A stretch of 37,355 nt of DNA from Chiloscyllium plagiosum (taxonomy: Eukaryota), in assembly GCF_004010195.1 (NCBI RefSeq), contig NC_057718.1, positions 42,754,902 to 42,792,256 of the forward strand. The letters run 5' to 3'. This document shows, piece by piece, positions 24,618-36,879 of the stretch. The stretch's first letter is position 1; every line of letters starts with the position of its first letter. The notes beneath the pieces were generated by a model that worked only from the letters and a program-made list of their open reading frames with translations, was not told where the DNA came from and did not search any database. The position numbers were made by a program, and so were the translations under genes.

Positions 24618-25206
24618 TAGTGTTGAATATGTTCTTGATTTGGATAATGATTGTTGAGATTTTGGTCTCCTTGTACCACACTCATTTGTGGACATGTTGT
24701 ATTCTTTGTTGGTTCAAGTTGCTTTTGAATCTTTGTGTTGTAAAGATTGTTGCTGATTGTTAACTAGTACTAAAACTGAAAGCCATAAAGTTTTTGCTCC
24801 TCTAGTATTGTTTTTGATGTGAAGTTCAGTACTCCTTTACCAATGTGGCATAACCCAAGAGATAAATGAAGATATTCAGTTCCAAAGTGGGTGAAGGACT
24901 GCCAAAAGGTATGTGGATAGAAACTTCAAATTACTTCAATTTATAAGATTCATAGATTTTTTTGATTGTATGAAAGATGTCTGCCGTGATATTCACACCA
25001 ATGTTTTTCTCGGTTTGAAATAGTTTTGTACGAAATTTGATACACATTATCAGATTTATGCTCATTTTCTTTGATTGCTGTGCCATTTTTTAATAAGTAA
25101 AATTAATTTAAAAAGTTAGTTACTCAACAAAACTTGCATTTCTCAGACAAAACATCAAAACAATAAAGATTTGTCTAAATAAAAACCAAAATAAACTATT
25201 GATGCT

Positions 25207-25373
25207 TAAATCAGAAATAAAAACTGAAATTTCTGGAAAAGCTCAGCAGGTCTGACAACGTCTGTGGAGAGAAATCCTGAGGAAGGGTCACCCGACCCGA
25301 AACATTAACTTTAAGTTCTCTCCACAGATGCTGCCAAACCTGTTGAGCTTTTCCAGCAATTTCTGTTTTTGTT
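25207..25373. mobile_element. Penelope inverted-pLTR insertion (third family) with hammerhead motif
   Basis: Arms ctggaaaagctcagcagg...tctgtggagagaa and ttctctccacaga...gagcttttccag. Motif CTGAGGA-A-GGGTC-ACCC-GACCC-GAAA-CATT at 25277-25306. Confidence 0.85.
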
Positions 25374-25619
25374 AAAGATTTATCTAACTTCACTGTTAGA
25401 GATTCGAAACCCACAAAATGATTCTTATTTCCAATTCTTAAATTCTATATTTTTGTCTGTTTTTGAGGAATTTTCTACTTGTTTGTTTGACGTGGAGTAA
25501 ATAGTCTAAAACTACCAGAAGACTTAACTCTGCTTCCTAGCCAAACTTTCTAAAATCTTCAGCTATGAAGAAATACCAAGAGAAGACTCTATTGATACTA
25601 TTAAGTCAGGATGATGAGT

Positions 25620-27140
25620 GTGTTGGAAGGGAACTTACCAGTGGTGTTGTTTCAATGTATTTGGTGCCCCTGTCCTTCAAGGTGAAAGTGATCATAGGTT
25701 TGGACATTACTGCCTAAGGAGCCTTAATGAATTTCAGTTGCACATCTTGTAAATGGTATATGCTGTTGTTGCTGTGTGACAATGTTGGAAAGAGTTATTG
25801 TTTGTAGACGTGGGGTCAATCAAGCAGAATACTTTGTCAAACCTCTCTAGTATTGAATGAGCTGCACTTATTTAGGCAGTGGGGAGTATTCCATCAGACT
25901 CCTGACTTGTACTATGTAGATGGTGGACAACCTTCGGAGAGTCAGGAGGGGAGTACTTGCTGCAGTATTCCTAGCTTCTGACTTGCTCTTATAACCATTG
26001 TGTTTATGTGGTGAGTCAAGTTGAATTTCTGGTCACTGATAACGCTAAGGATGTTGATGGTGGGAGATTCAGTGATGATAAGGCTATGGAATGTCAAGGG
26101 GTGGTGTTTAGATTATCCCTTATTTGAGACAGTAATTGTCTGTCATTTGTCTGACATGGATGTTACTTGCTAATTGTCAACTCAAGCCTGATATTGTCCA
26201 GACCTTTTCGCAGTTGAACATGGGCCGTTCCAGTACCTAAGGAGTCATCAGCAGTGCTGAACATTGTATAATAATCAGCAAACATCCTGCTTCTGACCTC
26301 ATGATGAAGCAGCTGAAGATAGTTAGGCATAGGACACAACCCTGAGGAACTCCTGAAGAAATATCCTCAAGATGAAATGACTGACCACCAACAACAACAG
26401 CCATCTTCCTATGTGCCAGGTATGACTCCAAAGCGCAGAGAGTGTACCCCAAAATTATCATTGATTCCAGTTTTGCCCAGGCTCTTTGATGCCACACTCA
26501 GTCAAATGCGGCCTTGATGTCAAGGGTTGTCACTCTGGAATTCAGCTCTTTTGTCCATGTTTGAACCAAGCTGCAATGAGATCAGGAACCAAGTGGCTCT
26601 GGCAGAACCCAAACTGGGCATCACTCAGAAGGACATTGTTAAGCAAATGTGGCTTGACAGCACTGTTAATGACACCTTGCATCACTTTACTGATGATAGA
26701 GAGTAGGCTGAGAGGGCGGTAATTGTGGGTTGGATTTGTCCTGCTTTTTGTGTATAGGGCATACCTGGGCAACTTTCCACTTGGTAAAAGCGAGTTTTGT
26801 AGCTGTACCGGAAGAGCTTGGATCAGCATGGAAGGTTCGGGAGCACAAAAGCATTCCAGCAATAGTCCTAAAGATTTAAGGCCCATAGCTTTTGCAATAA
26901 CCAATGCCACAATTTCTTAATATCAGGTGGAATGAATTGAATGGACCGAAGACTGGCACATATGATTTTGGGGCCTTCTTTAGGAGGCCAAAAGATATTC
27001 ATCTGGTACTTCTGGCTAAAGGTTGTTGTGAATTCGTCAGCCTTATCTTTTGTACTGATGTGTTGGGATTCCCGTCATTGAGGATGGGGATATTTGTGGA
27101 GCCTCTGCCTCCAGTGAATTGTTTTGTTTGGGTGACCACA
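25620..27140 (-). mobile_element. CR1-group LINE family A, RT region and 3' part
   Basis: Minus-strand ORFs NYRPLSLLSIISKVMQG...DAQFGF and GVPQGCVLCLTIFSCFI. The 3' portion mirrors 8002-8720. Confidence 0.88.
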
Positions 27141-30100
27141 TTTGGTTAAATTTGTGTGGGTCTTCTTCTGGTATCCTGGGTGGACAATACTAACAAATGC
27201 AGCCTTTAAGACTATTCAACAGTTTCTGCAGTCCCTAGGAAACAGTGACTTGCATTTTTACAGTGCTTTTAATGTAGTAAAGTAGCCAAATCATCTCAAG
27301 TTGAGTTTCTGAATTGATAAACTTAAAATAATTCATTTCTGTGGAGTGAGGAGGAGCCAGAGTATTCCCAATTCTATCCGAGCTCCATATCCCACTCCAA
27401 CATCCTTGCTTCCTCTTCCCCTCTCTCTGTGCATTTAAATAAGAATGGTTGCCAGGAGACAGACACGCTGACTCTGATACCTTTCCTCAGGTAAGTTAAT
27501 TTTCGAGTTTCAGGCAGTACTGGAAGTTCATCCAAAAGACACTGACTGATAAGGCCAATTCCCATTAATTCAGTGAGAATTACACAATGTTAAGCCTGAG
27601 CCTGAAAATCTTAAAATCTTGAATGCCAGGGTAAACCAAATTCTGCGCATTCATACTGACAGTGAGACAAGTGAGTTTGAATGCCAGTACTGCTAATGAT
27701 GAGACTTTGGAGTGACATCTGCACTCAAATAATAATAAAAGGAAGAAAGAATATTCTTTGTCCATGGTTCAGTTGCTATGACTATTTCTAACTGATGTAT
27801 ACACAGTGGAAAAGTCCAAGGTTCAATCTTTGACTACCCAACTTGCAGATCTTAACCATTTCATATTGCCAAATATATTTAGCATTAGCATACCACAAAC
27901 AAAACTGAAAACTATAATTAGAAATGTGCTTTTTTGTCAGAAAATAGCAATGCAAAACATTACAGTTCTTATGGAGCCAAGTCTTAAAATGTTGACAAAT
28001 ACTGATTGTCTATAGGGAAGAAAATAAAATTTATTTGCGTGTGTTCTCACGGAGTCTTATCTGTTTTCCATTTAATTCATCATGTAATGCCTGACACCAT
28101 ATAAAGATATTTTCTTTCTTCATAAATATATAGAAAGTATCAATGTAAATTCTTCTATGTATTTACACCAAAGAAAGGATTGTATAATTGACTAAAGAAT
28201 TTTTAAAATGTTTTTCTGGTTACTGCTATGACTGCAACAGCTCAAAAACTAATTCATTTATCATTTGGATAGTTCTGTGTCCAGTTTTCAGACACAAACT
28301 CGGCAACAAAGCATCCAATATGGCAAGTGGAGCACAAGTTAATTAAATGTCAGTAGTCCTTTGCTTAGCGGACTGAGATATGTTAATGTCAAACATGTGA
28401 AATGTAAGTGAATTCATACAAATGTTGTCTTAAGCTTTCAGAATTGATTCAATTATCAGATGATCCTAGGGCAGTGTCATTCGTAAGAAGACATGTTGGA
28501 CATTAGTAGGTGTAGCAAATGTCCACTAAAATTTAATGGATGGAATATTACAGTGTGAGACTTTGCTAGGTCTCATTGTGTACAATCCCTGTGAATCCTG
28601 AATCACAGACTCACTCTTTAATGTCACTGTCAATCTAAGTAGTCCACAAATACAAGATGGAGCTGAATTTCCTTGGTGCAGCGTCAGTGGCTATCAGTGA
28701 GTGCTAAGTTTCACATCACAACATCATCTTCATGGTATCTTTATTTGTACGTTTATCAAAAATAATGTATAGCCGGGCAAAAGAAAACTCTCTGGTCAAT
28801 ATATCATCACAACAAATCGGTCACATCATTATATAAGAGTAAACATTTTCCTACACAAATTTCTGTTCTACTGGGACGGACTGGATTAGTTAGCTCCTGA
28901 TGTTTCCATAGGTTTTTTGCCCCATTTGATCAATTCTATTATTATTATTTTTTATCTGAATTTCACTACTGGCTTTATGTTGCAACAGTCAGCAGTAAAA
29001 CAAGTCCGGCGGCAAGAAAATTCAGCATTCTTTCTTCTGTTAATAAGTCATTTACACTAGAATCTGAAGATGAGTTGGAAAGGTATGAAGAGGAACATCG
29101 AGCAGTCCTAAACATCAATCTCTGCTTTTCATCCCTAATCCATGAAAGATAAAAACTAGTTTGAAGAAGGTTTCACCTGCTAACCTTCCATCAGAATCAG
29201 GGCTGAAGATCCTATTCATCTTCTTATTTGAATATTTGCAATAAGGGGATTTTATCAAATGTAAGACAGAATCCCAGTCATTCATTTTTTTTTAATCTAC
29301 AACATTAAACAAGACAAAATTATCTGTCTTTGCAACTTTCAACACCAAAAGCTGTTCACTTTGCATGGAAAACAGTAGCCATACCTGTACATGTCTGTTA
29401 ATTTACATTGTAATGTCAAGGGATGATCATTCAAATTTTGGACAATAATTTATTGTTACCATATAGAATGAAATCTAGTCACATTTGTTTGTTATCGAGC
29501 TCTTCACTCACTCACTTTGAAAGCGAAAGTGAAGCACCAAAAGTGAGGTTGAACTAAACGTGCTGTGTTTTCTGTGCATCTTGTACCTTGTGTTTGTATT
29601 GAGCCCCAGTGTATTCATTAGATCCAATGTCAGACCCAAAACAGCAATCACCGGGCATTGGATGTCTCTTTTGCAATTTCATGCAATGATTGAAGTCAAG
29701 CAAGTCAGACGAGCAACTGCAGATATCATTCTGGGCGGTAATACACGGGAAAAATTTGAATTGATTTTTAAAGGGAGAATAAGGCATTCAGGCCAGATGA
29801 TTAGTTATAATCTGGATCATTAGATTTTTGATTTGTTAGGTTCTGAGGCCCAGTTTATTGTATTTTACACATGATGAACACATCTGAAGTGTGAAATAAG
29901 TCTCCATTATTCTCTCTGGAAACATTTTATCAAACTGTATCCTTAAAAAGGCAACATTATTATTCAATTTTGTTGAAACTAGAACTCTGGGAAAGCAGAA
30001 AGAAATGGTCGTTCTTGGCTCTGTCTTTCAAATGCCTCTGTATCTAACCCCCATTTGAGATGACCTTCAGATAGTGTACAGCATTTTAAAATCTGTTAAT

Positions 30101-30267
30101 AGGCTATAAAATCCATTAGCTGCCTCTCTGCAAAAGTAGTTAGTAGATTTGAACTTTTGACCTCTACCTGTTGTTCTCCTCTCCATTCTTTGTTCTCCTG
30201 GGTGTGTATTCAGATGTCCTTGCCAATTCTGCAAAGAAGAGTTGGCTATACTGACCATGCCAATCAT

Positions 30268-30360
30268 GAAGAAGATTGAAATATTAATCTGATTTCTCTT
30301 TCAGATACCAATTGGTCTGTTGTCCACTTGCAACATTTTCTGTTTCTTTTTCATTTCAGA
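30268..30360 (+). mobile_element. Very decayed Penelope pLTR fragment
   Basis: gaaatattaatctgatttctctttcagatacc...gcaacattttctgtttctttttcatttcaga weakly parallels 31324-31385. Confidence 0.4.
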
Positions 30361-30972
30361 AAGAAATAGTTCAGGCACAAAGTGCAATTGCTTTTGCATC
30401 TCAAATACTGACTTGTCTGGATTGTGTTTTGATTTGTATCTGGGACCTAAAGTGGCAGCCTCTTAGCAGTTGAGAATCTCAACATGCAGACCAACATGTG
30501 GAAAATGATGAAGTAAACCCAAAAAAAATCAATTACCCCTCTTCAGCTGATAACAAATCTTTATGGTTGTGGAGTAATGGAAGATTTGGACATCTATTCA
30601 GCTCGGGTCTGGTGTAGATGTTAACCTCTGAATGATATTCATGTGTGAGATATTAAGAGCACAAAAAATGAAGCAGAAGCCAAAACCAGTAAAGTTGTAA
30701 AGGGTTTGGCCTATTTGAGAGACACTTACACCCAATTTACATTTCCACATTTTTGTTGAAGAGCTTATGCAATAATATTGTTGTGAAAATGACCTTCATC
30801 TTTTAAAGTTATACTCCCTAACATTATTATCATGCCGGGATGTTCATTCACCCCTCATCATATCAGTAGATTATCAATATACACAAAACTAGTACAATTC
30901 ATCTCATCAACAAACTCTGTAGGTAACAAGTTATGCCATTACGTTGATTGTCATCCAGACTCTCTTGTTTCT

Positions 30973-31410
30973 TGAAAAGCTCAGCAGATGTGGCAGCATC
31001 TTCTGAGGATGGGTCACCTGTCCCAAAACATTAGGGCAGCACGGTGGCTCAGTGGTTAGCACTGCTGCCTCACAGCACCAAGGTCCCAGGTTCAATTCCA
31101 GCCTCGGGTGGCTGTTTGCACATTCTTCCCGTGTCTGCGTGGGTGTGCTCCGGTTTCCTCCCACAATCCAAAGATGTACAGGTCAGGTGAATTGACCATG
31201 CTAAATTGCCCGCTCGTGTAGTGTTAGGAGGGAAATGGTTCTGGGTGGGTTACTCTTCAGAGGGTTGGTCTGGACTGGTTGGGCTGAAGGGCCTGTTTCC
31301 ACACTGTAAGGAATCTAATCTAAACTCTGATTTCTCTTCACAGATGCTGCCAGACCTGCTGAGCTTTCCCAGCAACTTCGTTTATGAGTTACAGCATCTG
31401 CAGTTCTTTC
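30973..31410. mobile_element. Penelope inverted-pLTR insertion split by an HE1 SINE
   Basis: gaaaagctcagcagatgtggcagcatc ... gatgctgccagacctgctgagcttt arms. Decayed hammerhead ctgagga-tgggtcacctgtccc-aaaa-catt at 31003-31032. Confidence 0.8.
31034..31323 (+). mobile_element. HE1-type SINE
   Basis: Box A TGGCTCAGTGG (31045-55), box B GGTTCAATTCC (31089-99), CR1-derived tail gaagggcctgtttccacactgt and a (aatct)n end. Confidence 0.92.
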
Positions 31411-34069
31411 AGTTCTCTTATTTCGTGAATTGGATTCTATGAATTTAAGATTTATGCTAGTACAGTAGATCCTAAGTTAGTATCAAAAGAGAGGCCATGA
31501 GTGACCATACAAGATGCAGATCTAAATCTGCCATTTAACAGGTTGCGTTTTGAATCCTAAACAATGGAACTCAATCTGCTAATCAGAAAGGATGGTAAAC
31601 CCATTGTATGAAGCAAACCAAAATTCAATTAAATTCAATCCAGATATATTTTCAGTGTTTGGAGCACTGAGGAGAAAAGATATACAAGTACTCCAACAGG
31701 CTGAAAATGATGGATCACCAGCAGTATTAAGTTAACTCTGCCGTGAAAAGCTGATGATGTCACGCCACTTGCTACTATTAACAAAAATATATTAAGAAAC
31801 AATAAATGCCAGTAAAAGAGTGCATTTGAATGTTGTGATTTCACAAAACCAAGCTTTTAACATTCATTAGTCACAAAAGAAGGTCTTTATTTATGATTAA
31901 CTATGTTGCAGTATAATAAACCAATTGAAATTAATGTTTCATTAATATTATTATGTAACCTTTTTAAATAGAATACAGCAAACTTGACAGAAGTGACACT
32001 CACCTTCCTCTGACAGTAATTCTGCCTCCAAAGACAGGCAACAAATCCTCTGGGGAGTAGGATTTTGGTGCATCACGTTCACATATTCCCCATTGTTTGC
32101 ACTAGAGGAGTTGTTTCAAATGGCGAGCTCACCATCAAAGGCAGCCCTGGATGGTAAATGGATGTAAAACATACAGAAGAAGATTTCCATTTAATTTCAG
32201 CCAGCAGCACGCAGTATGTCATCATGACTTGGTGACAAAAGGCTACTAATGATCTCTCCCCACTGTAATCAAAGGCTGCTCTCACTTAAGTAGAAAATGT
32301 TGTTTATACTGATGAACGGTGAAATATTAAGAGTTAGTTAATGCAAAGAACTAGTTACAGGAAGTGTGTTTGATACATATTCAGCTAAATTTTGGAGCTG
32401 GGAGATCCCGTGCATTTTTTTCCCTATCCTGATTATGCCGCTATGATGGGACAGAATTGGGCTGGTTTGTTATGGTGAAGGCATTATAGGTGAAAATGCA
32501 ACTGGTAAATTATTCACATTCATCAAAAAATACTATACTGTAATTCAGAAGGATTAAATTCACTAGATGATGCAGGAGATAAAGCAAACATCCGTGTGCA
32601 TTATGTACGAATTATCTTATGATCATTAGATTAATACAATGTTTATGATACTAAAGAGTTTCAGTCTCTGCAGGTTTAAAGTATCAGAGCTTGTAAGGTG
32701 GCTCAACATAGAAAATTTGGCTTCCAGCATTCTAGTCTGACTGTATACCCTGTATGTCCCAGTATTCTTTTGTTTAAACATAATTATGTACACAATAAAA
32801 GAGAGAGGAATTACAAGGTCTTGTCTTGATAGCATCACGTGACACAGCCAAATGCTTCAATTTCATTAATCTTCCACCTCACTCTAATACAAATTCATGG
32901 AGAAAGAAACTGAATCTGAGCCACACAATATAACACAGGCATTGCTTTGCTTCCAGGCAAGTGGACAGAAGATTTAAAAATTCCCATGAAGGGTGATTAT
33001 TGCTTTTTAATGATGTTCTGACCTATAAGGCTTAAGCCCAGGAGTATTGCTGTCGTACATGTACTTGGTTAAAAGCTGGATTTGGGAGCATGCAGGAAAC
33101 AGCATGCAACTTAAGGCACTTTCTTTGAGCTGGAACTCTCTAGTTTCCTGCGCTGCTTTGTTAACCACTGCGCTAGCAGAAGAAGCACATTTTTTTTCCA
33201 CTGTGTGAGTGATTGTCTGCACAGCAGTGACAGATGTGCAATATAGCAGCTTCTTCAGGAAAAATTAACAGTTTGTCCAGCATGTCATCTCCTTCTTTTT
33301 AGTGCTTCGAGGTCTTGGCCCCATTACGGATGATTTAGAAATTCAGGCAAGCAAAGTACCAGCTGCTTGTGTTCAAAGCTTTAGATGCAAGACCTCATCT
33401 GCATTCTTCTATTCACTTACACATATAAATTGTTAAGGCCCCTCTGGCCTGGAGATGAGTAGAGGATGACAGTGGCTTGATTTGCTGAGAGGATGTATAA
33501 ATGGGTTTTTGGGAAGATGAGGAAATATCACCATTACTGACCAATTTACAGCTTTTTATCTGTTCCTCAAACATGTCACTTTTGTTATTGTGGCTTGGTA
33601 ATTACATAGCAGGCAGGGAAAAATAAATTTTGGTTTATATTCAGATGGACTGCAAAATCCTCTAATCCTGACAAATACCCATTTAAAAATACTAGTGCCT
33701 GAAAGATTAATTTTCATTTTGAATAGCAGAGCAGCTGTAAATAGAAGAATTGTTACTCGGGAATGTGATTGTCTTAAAACATTAACCTCTTGGTTTCTTT
33801 TCTCTTAGGGCTTTGTGCTGCTAGAAATCTTAGCCGTTGCCTTGAGTCTCTCTTACCGAGAGTCCACAGCAGATATGAGAATTAAAGAAACTGAAATTAC
33901 TCCACTTAAATGCAAGTGAATTAATGAGGGATTTTGATGAATACAATTGACATTAGTTAGACAAGAATTCAGAACAAAAGGACTTAGTACTATTACAATA
34001 TGAAAACTAAGACTGCCTGAATTTAGCAGCATCCTGTTAAATAAATGGATTCAGGACAGATCTAGCAGT

Positions 34070-34716
34070 GCAACACTGGTCATCTGTGAGGTGCTGTGGG
34101 CAATCAGTAGCTGCAAAATTATATTCAAGCACAATCTGTAACCTCAGGGCCCAGCATTTCCTCCACTGTACCATTACCATCAGGCTTGTCTCAACAGCAG
34201 AGCATGAGAAGCAGCATCAAGCATACCAAGAGAAAAAATGAGCTGTCCACCTGACAAAGTGACAAAATAGGGTTTTTTTGCCTTCCAAACAGCATCCAAT
34301 GGTCAAATCAAAGCAATGTCATAACCAATGGATCGATCTAAGCTCTGCTATCCTGCCATGTCCAGTTGTGAATAGTGGTGGACAATTAAACAATTAACAA
34401 GAGGAGGAAAAGGCTCCACAAATGTTTCATCCACAATGATGGAGGCCCTTAGCTCATTGGTGAAATTATTTACAGCCAAGAGGGCAATCCATCTCAGCCA
34501 CCCACCGAGATTCCCAGCATTTCCCAGATATCAGTTTTCAGCCAATTCAATACATTCCACATAAAATCAAGAAACAACAGAAGGCATTGGATACTGCAAA
34601 GATTATAGGCCCTGACAACATTCTTGAAATAGCGCTGGAGACGAGTGCTTCAGCACTAGCTGTGCCTCTGGCCAACAGCTCACCCTGACAGTGTACAAAA
34701 TTGTCCAGGCATGTCC
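34070..34716 (+). mobile_element. CR1-group LINE family A fragment (region upstream of RT)
   Basis: IKKQQKALDTAKIIGPDNILEIALETSASALAVPLA resembles the 'KA.GPD.IP..LK.CA.ELA.PL' pre-RT motif. Homologous to ~26820-27140 (-). Confidence 0.75.
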
Positions 34717-36275
34717 TAGAACAGAACGAATAGGAGCAGAGCATTTGTTCTCTCGAGCCTACCTCATCATTCGATAACATCATGACTGGTTTAGCCCAGA
34801 CCTTCATTCCTCTTTCATAAGCTCTTTCCTCTTCCCAGCTCCTCACAACCCTCAGCTCTTGATATTTCAAAGATCTGTCTACCTCCTCGTTAAATATTTC
34901 CAGTGATCTAGCATCCACACTTCAATGGAGTAGAGAATTCCAGACAATTCCTGAGAGAAGAAGTTCCTTCACGTCTCACCTTTAAATGGATGTCCTGTTA
35001 TTCTGTAAGAAAGAATGACCCCTGGTTTGAGAATCTCTTACTAGTGGAAACATCTTCTCAACACTCACCCTGTGTGGCCCCACCTCAAAATCATATATGT
35101 TTTAATTAGATCAACCGCATTCTTCTAAACTTTAATGAATATAGGCTGACTGTTTTGACCTGTTTAGCTGATAAGTCATGACATTCATCCCATGAATCAC
35201 TCTAGTGAATCTCTTTTTGTTTATATCCAATGCCAATATATCCTATATGGAGACCAAATTGTGCACAGTACTTCAGGCACGGCCTTACACAATTGTAATA
35301 AGAAGTCAATACTTTTAAAATCTAATTCCCTAGCATTAAAAGGCCAAAATTGCATTTGCCTCAATAATTACTTGCTGTGCTTCCATCTTAACATTGTGTT
35401 TTGTGCACAAGAACACCCAGATCCCTTTGTGTTGCATTTTACTGGAATCTCTCTACATTTAAATAATAGATTGCCTTTTGATTCTTCCTACCAATGTGCG
35501 CGAGCTTATACTTTCTTATATTAAACTTCATCTGCCAAAGTTTTGTCCACTCCCTCAATCAATTATATCCCCTTTGCAGATCCTTTATGCCATTGGAACA
35601 TGATGTACGACCTATTTTTGTATCAACAACAAATTTGGACACATTGCACTCTGCCCCCTAATCCAAGTCATTCATATAGAAAGCAATTATTGAGGTCCTT
35701 GGACTGAATATTATGGCATTCGACCAGTTATGTATTTCCAATCTGAAAACGACACATTAAACCCAACTCTGTCTTCTGTGTGTTACCAATCCTCAGTCTA
35801 CGCTAATACATTACCCCCAATACTGTGAGTTCCTAACATGTGCAAAAATAACATTTTAAATGGCATCTTATCAGCTGCCTTTTGGAAATCCAAATATACA
35901 CTGTTAGTTTCCTTTTATCAAATGTGCTTATTCTGTCCTCAAAAATCTCTAGAAAATTTGTCAAACATGCTTTTCCTATCACAAAATGGTTTTGACTCTC
36001 ATTGCATTACACTAATCTAAATGTCCTGCTGTTTCTTCATTAATAATGGACTCTAAACATTTCCTCAGTGACAGTTGTTAGGCTAAATGACCTACAGTTT
36101 CTTGCTTTTTGTCTCTCTCTTGAACATTAGTTGTTTTTCAAACTGTTGGAACCCTCTCAGAATCCAATGAGTTCTGGAATATTTTGAATATTACCTCCAC
36201 GATCTCTGTAGCCATTTCCTTTAAAAAAAAACCCTTGGATACAGGCCATCAGCTCCTGATGACTTGATTTGTCTT
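34717..36275 (-). mobile_element. CR1 LINE (family B-like), decayed RT and 3' UTR
   Basis: The 3' end SLEIFNEEVDRSL plus 3' UTR lies at 34717-34920. Reverse-complement RT landmarks tggaaatccaaatatac (YLDFQK) and atcaacaacaaa (F..D) are present. Confidence 0.8.
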
Positions 36276-36282
36276 CCTTCAT

Positions 36283-36878
36283 CGAGTCATAGAGTCATAC
36301 AGCATGGAAACAGACCCTTCAGGCCAACTAATCCATGCCGACCATGTTTCCAAACCAAACTAGTCCCACCTGCCTGCGTTTGGACCATATCCTTCCAAAC
36401 CTTTCCTATTCATGTACTTATCAAAAGTCTTTTAACTGTTATAACTATCTGCATCCACCACTTCCTCTGGCAATTCATTCCACACATGAATAACTATGTA
36501 AAAATGTTACTCCATTTGTCCTTTTTAAGATTTTCTCCTCACAGTTTAAAAATATGTCCTGTAGCTTTGAACTATCTCCGCCACACCCCCCCCCGCCCCC
36601 TCACTATTGACCATATCTATGCCCTCATGATTTCATAAACCTCCCTCAGCCTCCTATGCTCCAGTGAAAAAAAGTCCCAGCCTATCCAGCCTATTTTTAT
36701 AACTCAAAGCCCCACTCCCAGCAACATCTTGGTAAATATTTTCTGAACCACCTCCAATTTAATAATATCCTTCCTATAGTAGAGCAACCAGAATTGCACA
36801 CCATACTCCAGAAGAGGCCTCACCAACGTCCAGTACAACTTCAGCATGACATCCAACTTCTATACTCAAAAGGTCTGA
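36283..36878 (-). mobile_element. HER1-type CR1 LINE, 5'-truncated 3' end
   Basis: gagtcatagagtcatacagcatggaaacagacccttc is the reverse complement of the tail at ~20150-20190. Colinear with ~19600-20190. Confidence 0.88.
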
Positions 36879-36879
36879 G

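Noticed and set aside
23700..25100. Strand-biased block with a minus-strand WCEYHGRH peptide suggestive of a gag knuckle
   Set aside because: Motif incomplete, frequent stops, and no protease or RT motif confirmed.
31034..31105. tRNA-like sequence with A and B boxes
   Set aside because: It is the SINE head, continuing into the HE1 body, not a tRNA gene.
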